From Verrucomicrobiota bacterium (GTDB taxonomy: Bacteria > Verrucomicrobiota > Verrucomicrobiia > Limisphaerales > AAA164-E04): DNA of 64,000 nt. The notes under the pieces were generated by a model. The model searched no databases, was not told where the DNA came from, and worked only from the letters and a program-made list of their open reading frames with translations. A program made the position numbers and the translations under genes. Positions 58,471 through 64,000 of this stretch are shown here, in pieces. Each line of letters begins with the position of its first letter. Position 1 is the first letter of the stretch. The stretch spans positions 3,808,001 to 3,872,000 of the forward strand of contig CP170459.1 in the NCBI GenBank assembly GCA_047947115.1, given 5' to 3'.

Positions 58471-59241
58471 TTATACGTTTTTCGAAGGCGTTTCTTGTCG
58501 GGCAGGGGCAAAAAAACGCGATAAATAGCTCCATTCTTCTTCAAATTCCTGGGCGGATTCGGTGAATTCCGCGATAACTTGTTGGTAACAACGCTGAAAA
58601 ATACGTTTGCCGGTGGCGAGTTTGTTTTGCGCTTCCGCGCGGTTGCGCAAGCCCAGTTCCTGCACGAGGATGTCGTAGGATTCGGGTTGCACTTCCTCAA
58701 TGTGCGGTGCCAGCACGCGTTCGTGAAGGATTTCCCAGATGTCTGTCTGGTTCCTTTTGACACAGAGTTCGTGCGTGCGATGAATCGCTTCCCCGATGAT
58801 CTGTCGAACGAACCCCTGATCAAACACGCGTTGTTCCTCCTGTTCCAGCGCCGCCGTGGTTTCGGTTTGCAAGTCCTCCAGCGGCACAAAACCGTTGGGC
58901 GGACATCGTTTCATGGAAGATTCGCGCCTGATCTGGTCACAGACAAAATGCCTGATCGAAGTCATCAAAAAGGTCCGAAACCGTCCCTTGGTCTGGACAG
59001 CCTGAGCGAGCGCGTCCTTTGACAGCACACGATCCGTGACAAACTGCTGAACCATATCCTCGGCAACATCCTCAGTAACACGGAACTGACGTTTGACATA
59101 CTCGACCATCGCCGGGACATAGCGGGCACAAATATCATTCAAAGCCTCCACGCGCCTGCGATCCGGTCCCTCCGTCGCCTGGCGGACCACATGCCATTGC
59201 GTGGTGGCAAAGGTGCCCTGTTGGATGCGTTGTCGTTTCAT
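58471..59241 (-). CDS. ECF sigma-70 factor, PVC Ser/Thr-kinase-associated type
   Basis: FATTQWHVV N-terminus, AEDMVQQF, KGRFRTFLMT and a C-terminal HTH (SYDILVQELGL). Confidence 0.88.
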   Translation of the reverse strand: MKRQRIQQGTFATTQWHVVRQATEGPDRRRVEALNDICARYVPAMVEYVKRQFRVTEDVAEDMVQQFVTDRVLSKDALAQAVQTKGRFRTFLMTSIRHFVCDQIRRESSMKRCPPNGFVPLEDLQTETTAALEQEEQRVFDQGFVRQIIGEAIHRTHELCVKRNQTDIWEILHERVLAPHIEEVQPESYDILVQELGLRNRAEAQNKLATGKRIFQRCYQQVIAEFTESAQEFEEEWSYLSRFFAPARQETPSKNV

Positions 59242-59502
59242 GTCACTCAGTTGCTCGGTAACATTCTAAATTCAGAAGACATTTTCTCAAGTGAGGAAAT
59301 GAAGACTGTAAGGCATAGGAGGTGTGAGGGTTGAGGTTGTTGGACGCATGGTGAGGAGTTTGTTTTTCACATTTTTTTCTCCGATAGCGCAAGATTCGAT
59401 GCCTGGATGCGTAGAATATTATTGAGGTTATGCAGGGAGGGAGGAACCGACACCATTTCCGCTGAAAAAAAGCCAATAACCTACAAAGGAACTCACTGAA
59501 CA

Positions 59503-60615
59503 ATGATTTCGAATATGATGATGAACAAAGGGGGCATTTTTGCCATCGTGATAAGTATGGCTTGTAGCATGCAGGCCGCTATTTTGGTCGTGGACCAGGA
59601 TCCGAGCAATCAAGCAGCTGATTATAAGCAATTGCAGCCCGCGATTGATGCTGCACAAGCTGGGGATACCATTTATGTGATGCCATCGGCAACAACTTAC
59701 GAAAATGCCACCATTGAGAAATCGCTGATTCTTATTGGGGCGGGTATGGCAAAGGAGGTAGCATTTTCTGCAGCTCCCAGTCTGGAGTCCAGATTGGGAG
59801 AGTTGATTATTAAGGCAAACGACGTTTTTGTAACTGGCTTTGTATTTTCCGCAGAAGTTCAAGCTCTGGCTCCATCTCAGAACATCACCATATTCCGCAA
59901 TTATTTTGATGATTCAACTTACGATGGGGAATTAAGCGCTTATGCCGTTGAAACTCCCGAAGTGGCCACAACGATTTCCAATCTTCACATTATCAATAAT
60001 CGATTTTCGTCAAACTCCTCTAACAAAGTGCCTGTGGATCTGTTTCATTCAACTCTTGATGATAGTCGAATCCTAACCGAAATGGTTGGTCTTGTCTTCG
60101 CTAATAACATGGTGTTGGGCGGCGATGTTTCTTTCCCCAATGGTGATGGAGATATTTTCAACAACTATTTCAATGTTGATCGGATAAATCTTCGAGAATC
60201 TACGGCTCGTGATGGAACTCTGTATAGTGAGGGAAGGTTTTTTAATAACATCATTCATGCTGCTTACATTGTCGAAGGTAGACAAGAGGTGTCTCACAAT
60301 GCCTACAAAGATACAACTAATGCTTCTGTGGGGAAAACAGTCTACTTTTCTGATACAACGAATATTGAGTACGAGGATTTAACATCATTGATTGTCAATA
60401 GTGGTGGGTGGGGGTATTCACATGTTCTTGCTGTCGACAGCCCATTAAAAGGAGCTGGAATGAACGGAGATGACATTGGCATTCTAGGCGGGCTTCATGC
60501 CTGGAACCTCAACCATCAACCGCCCGTTCCCATCATCACCAAACTCCAGGCACCGCTTATTGTGGGTGCCGGTGAGAACCTTTCCCTGCAAATCGAAGTC
60601 CAACCCAACAACTAA
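59503..60615 (+). CDS. Secreted right-handed beta-helix (pectin-lyase-like) protein
   Basis: Signal peptide, LQPAIDAAQAGDTIYV, Asn-rich I.NN.F repeats and SPLKGAG..DIGILGG. Confidence 0.75.
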   Translation: MISNMMMNKGGIFAIVISMACSMQAAILVVDQDPSNQAADYKQLQPAIDAAQAGDTIYVMPSATTYENATIEKSLILIGAGMAKEVAFSAAPSLESRLGELIIKANDVFVTGFVFSAEVQALAPSQNITIFRNYFDDSTYDGELSAYAVETPEVATTISNLHIINNRFSSNSSNKVPVDLFHSTLDDSRILTEMVGLVFANNMVLGGDVSFPNGDGDIFNNYFNVDRINLRESTARDGTLYSEGRFFNNIIHAAYIVEGRQEVSHNAYKDTTNASVGKTVYFSDTTNIEYEDLTSLIVNSGGWGYSHVLAVDSPLKGAGMNGDDIGILGGLHAWNLNHQPPVPIITKLQAPLIVGAGENLSLQIEVQPNN

Positions 60616-60627
60616 GCCTTCAAGCTT

Positions 60628-62503
60628 ATGTTCACTCGACAAATTGGACATGCCACCCTGTTGGCAATGCTCTGCGCCCTTCCGCAGATGCATGGGGCAA
60701 CCGTCCCTGAATTGACGGACCCGCAAAAGCAGGTGACCCGACTGGAGTACTTTTACGATCAGGACCCGGGCTTTGGAAAGGGTGTTGCGGTCGATTTCGA
60801 AGCGGATGCCCAGGGACGCATTCAAATGAACCTGAACCTCCCGCTTGATGGCTTGAGTGTCGGGATGCATCAACTGTTCATCCGGGCATTGAACGGTCGA
60901 GACGAATGGAGTATCGCTCACAAACACACATTCTTCGTGACACCCTTTGCTGCACAGACAGTCCCTACAATAGCAAAAGGGGAATACTTTTTCGGAGAAG
61001 ATCCCGAAGAGGGAAATGGGACAACGCTGCTACCTGACAATCCATCGGGAGGGGGCGTTGCTTTTTCCATCCAGACACCTCCCATGCAGGCTGGGCATCA
61101 TACTCTCCAGTTCCGATCGCAGGATTCTTTTGGAAACTGGAGTATGCCCCTCAAACACACAGCGCTTCAAATACCCGACATTCGTGTGACGGGAGTGGAG
61201 TGGTCCGTGTTGGAAGGCGAAGAGACGATTGACTCCGGTATCCAACCTGTCATTCCACCAGTTTCCCGGTTTTCAGGTGAATTGAATACTTCCTTGTTGC
61301 CGGATGAAACATTCATCGAGCGCCCCTTTCAAGCTCAGGCGCGGTTGATATTGGAAGAACGGATCCCAACGGTCCTGCAGAGCTTGGATCTGGAAATACA
61401 AGCCCTGGCAGAGCCTTTACGCATCATCACCCCTCCACGAAGTCAGACCGTATCGGTCGGAGACCGGTTCTCATTGTCTGTAGCGGTTGAGGGAACCGGG
61501 GAAAAGACGTTCCAGTGGTTTCACAATGATCAACCGATAGCCGGCGCGGTCGGTGCCGATCTGGTGTTGTCAAATGTTCAATTGGCTGATGCCGGAAGTT
61601 ATTACGTCAAAATCGAAGGGATCATTGGCAATCTTCAGAGCCAGACAGCCATCCTGACGGTGAATGATCCCAATCCCCCAGTTGGTGAGATCGTGTATCA
61701 TCCCGCCGACTCCAATCAGGACGGACGGATCGTCATTGGAGAAGTCACCGCCTATGGTGCCGCCTGGAAACGTGGAGACACCTGGCCCACCGAACCCAAT
61801 CCGATTCCCATCGGCTACCTCACCCGAGCCGGTGCACTATGGAAGGGCGGGGAAGCCTACGAAAAGGATGCGAACGTTGCGCAGCCTCCGATGTGGTGGG
61901 TGAATCCTCAACAAGCCGCCAGGGCTCTTTTGGTGTATGCTCCATCGGTCAGTCAGAATAAAGTGGTCAGGGAGATCGAACAATCCTCAGTTCAGATTGA
62001 TGTTCAACTTGCTTTTCCAACACAGGTGTATGCAGTGGAGGAATCGATTCCCGTGGGCTACGTGGCCGTTGGCATTTCCCATGGCGGCCTATTTGATAAA
62101 GAGTCACATCAGGTACGCTGGGGGCCTTTTTTGGATGAGCAATCTCGGCCGTTGACTTACCAGATAGTCGCTGAACAAGGTGTTTCAGGTGATCCCACAT
62201 TCAAAGGCATGGCAAGCTTCGATGGATTGAGCGTTTTCATTCGAGACTCTGTTGAGTCTGAACCTTTGGAGACGGGCGAACCCTCGCTTGGTATACGTAT
62301 CGGAGAGGGGGGAGGCGCAAATTTCCATTCAGGGTGAGTTGAATGGAGGCTATGTGATTGAATCAAGCGAACGTTTGCAAGATGCGGTTTGGGTTGAGAT
62401 TGGATCGGTCATTTCAGGTGCCAATAGTTGGGAGCATAAAACTGATGTGCAGCATGCCCGGCAATTTTATCGGATTCGGAAAATACCTGCTGCCACGCGA
62501 TAG
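60628..62503 (+). CDS. Secreted Ig-domain protein, apparently frameshifted at a G6 run near 62307-62312
   Basis: The ORF to 62337 has two EYF..DP..G.G repeats, an I-set Ig domain and a HPADSNQDGRI EF-hand-like motif. A ...YVIESS..L..W...QFYRI tail continues in another frame to 62503. Confidence 0.7.
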
Positions 62504-62548
62504 ACACACCCTCACCGTTTGAACCTTTTGTTTCTAAGAAATCCATAC

Positions 62549-64000
62549 ATGAAAGACACTGATATCAGTCGATTCATAAAACCAGCTTTGATAATCCGTC
62601 AACTTTTGAAACATTCATTGCATTCCTTTCTGGTTTATCTCTGTGTTTGCATATTGGGTGGTTATGTACTCCCGCCAATCAATGCTCAGGATAGTAGTGG
62701 TGAAGAATCACCCATTCAGCCAAAGCAGCAACTGACCACACCCACAATCATCCAGCAACCACTTGATCGCATCGTGCCCGAGGGAACCATTCTATGGTTG
62801 ACGGTGGATGTGGAACATAGCAGTTCCGTGACTTATCAGTGGCAGAAAGGACGAACGAATCTTGACGGGTTTGGTACTACTTCCAGCCTTTACCTCGGTC
62901 GAGCGACACCTGATCTCAACGGTGAGTATCGTGTTTTGATTGGTTATGATGGAGGTGAGTTGGTAAGCCGTGTGGCACGTGTCATCGTGCAACCCGAGGA
63001 CGGGAGCAAGACGAACATCAGTTTCTACCCTTTGTTGACTGAAAAAGGAGCGAAGACATCTTACGAGGTTCCGAGTGGTTTTGATGGTGATACGGTGGTG
63101 AGTACCGAAGAGAACGTTAGCGTGGATGGTGATCCGGTTCTGGCTTACACCGATACCAGAGGAACGAATTTAAAAATCGGATCGTTCATCATTCCTCGGG
63201 AAGATTATCTCGTATCTTCAACATACGACTATGGTCGAACAGATGGAGGGATGAACTACTACGGATTCAAGGTAGTTGCTTCGACCAAGAACTCAGACCC
63301 GTTTCTTAGTGAATTTTTTGATAAGGATCAAATTTTTTCGATCACGCCAGTGCATGGTTTTCCTGCCAAACGTGAGACAATCGATCGAGAACTGCGCTCT
63401 GAACCATACTTCTTTTATCCCGAAGTCGTTGAGTTGGGTAAGATATATGAGAAAACCAACTCGGTTACGGAGGAAGGCGTTCAATACGATAATGAAGTGC
63501 AGTTTCCTAATGACAATATTGATTTCACGCACATGGACTCCACGTCCGAGCGAACCGAAACGATGCGCGTCGTTTATCTTCTGGATTCCATCAAGGACGC
63601 CTCGCCTTCGTCAAAGGATATCTACGCCGACCTTTTGGATGACGAAACCATGACAGCTCTCGTGGTGGTTACCGAACATAATGAAACATATCGCAAAGAT
63701 AATTCAGTGATGTATTTTGAAGATGGTAGCACTTTCCCAATGGGGCAGGTATATCAAAACGGATTGGTGCAATCCACATCGGTGGAATGGCGTGTCAAAG
63801 GTATCGGGCTGGTTCGTGTTGTTTCCTTGCAAGGCTTGTATTTGGATGAAATCCTGGAACAGCGTTTTTTCGATGTTGAACTGAACAACAACATGATCAT
63901 TGGGGGAACCTTTGATCAATGGCTTTACAGAAGGTTTGGTCAATTTGACATAGATGTCCCGGAGACAACGCGCATTGTCGGAAACACGGAACCACCGTTC
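62549..64000 (+). CDS. Large secreted Ig-domain protein (partial, runs off the window)
   Basis: ATG 62549, hydrophobic leader ending INAQD, then PTIIQQPLDRIVPEG...TYQWQKG...NGEYRV (Ig domain). Probably missing from the track because no stop is reached. Confidence 0.75.
   Translation, partial: MKDTDISRFIKPALIIRQLLKHSLHSFLVYLCVCILGGYVLPPINAQDSSGEESPIQPKQQLTTPTIIQQPLDRIVPEGTILWLTVDVEHSSSVTYQWQKGRTNLDGFGTTSSLYLGRATPDLNGEYRVLIGYDGGELVSRVARVIVQPEDGSKTNISFYPLLTEKGAKTSYEVPSGFDGDTVVSTEENVSVDGDPVLAYTDTRGTNLKIGSFIIPREDYLVSSTYDYGRTDGGMNYYGFKVVASTKNSDPFLSEFFDKDQIFSITPVHGFPAKRETIDRELRSEPYFFYPEVVELGKIYEKTNSVTEEGVQYDNEVQFPNDNIDFTHMDSTSERTETMRVVYLLDSIKDASPSSKDIYADLLDDETMTALVVVTEHNETYRKDNSVMYFEDGSTFPMGQVYQNGLVQSTSVEWRVKGIGLVRVVSLQGLYLDEILEQRFFDVELNNNMIIGGTFDQWLYRRFGQFDIDVPETTRIVGNTEPPF

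Noticed and set aside
46253..64000. attR (duplicated 3' end of tRNA-Ser)
   Set aside because: A visual scan found no convincing copy of GAATCCCGCTCTCTCCGCCA. It may be outside the window, deleted, or missed by eye.

Overview
The window looks like Verrucomicrobiota (PVC superphylum) chromosome, inferred from the prepilin/H-X9-DG genes, the extended MoxR cluster and the Ser/Thr-kinase-linked ECF sigma. Bases 1-40 kb are mostly core or metabolic genes: carbohydrate enzymes, a 9-gene moxR-DUF58-vWA-prenyltransferase-yggS operon, purH and amidohydrolases. This part also holds a non-coding array of 12 x 187-bp units (29348-31591), each made of two inverted REP-like hairpins. At tRNA-Ser(GCT) (40254-40346) an AT-richer integrative element begins. 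It encodes a tyrosine integrase, an orphan, an excisionase-like HTH, a 198-aa unknown protein translationally coupled to a family A DNA polymerase (3'-5' exo + pol, no 5'-3' exo), an AT-rich/22-bp-iteron origin-like segment and a winged-helix protein. No primase, helicase, capsid or conjugation gene is visible, so this PolA-centred element is the best candidate for an undescribed system. It is followed by an arylsulfatase, a kinase stub and a Tn3 transposase fragment cut by an intact IS1380. The window ends with an ECF sigma / kinase / pseudokinase locus divergent from Ig-domain surface-protein genes, with a shared candidate ECF promoter motif on both arms. All calls come from reading the sequence by eye; no database searches were run.
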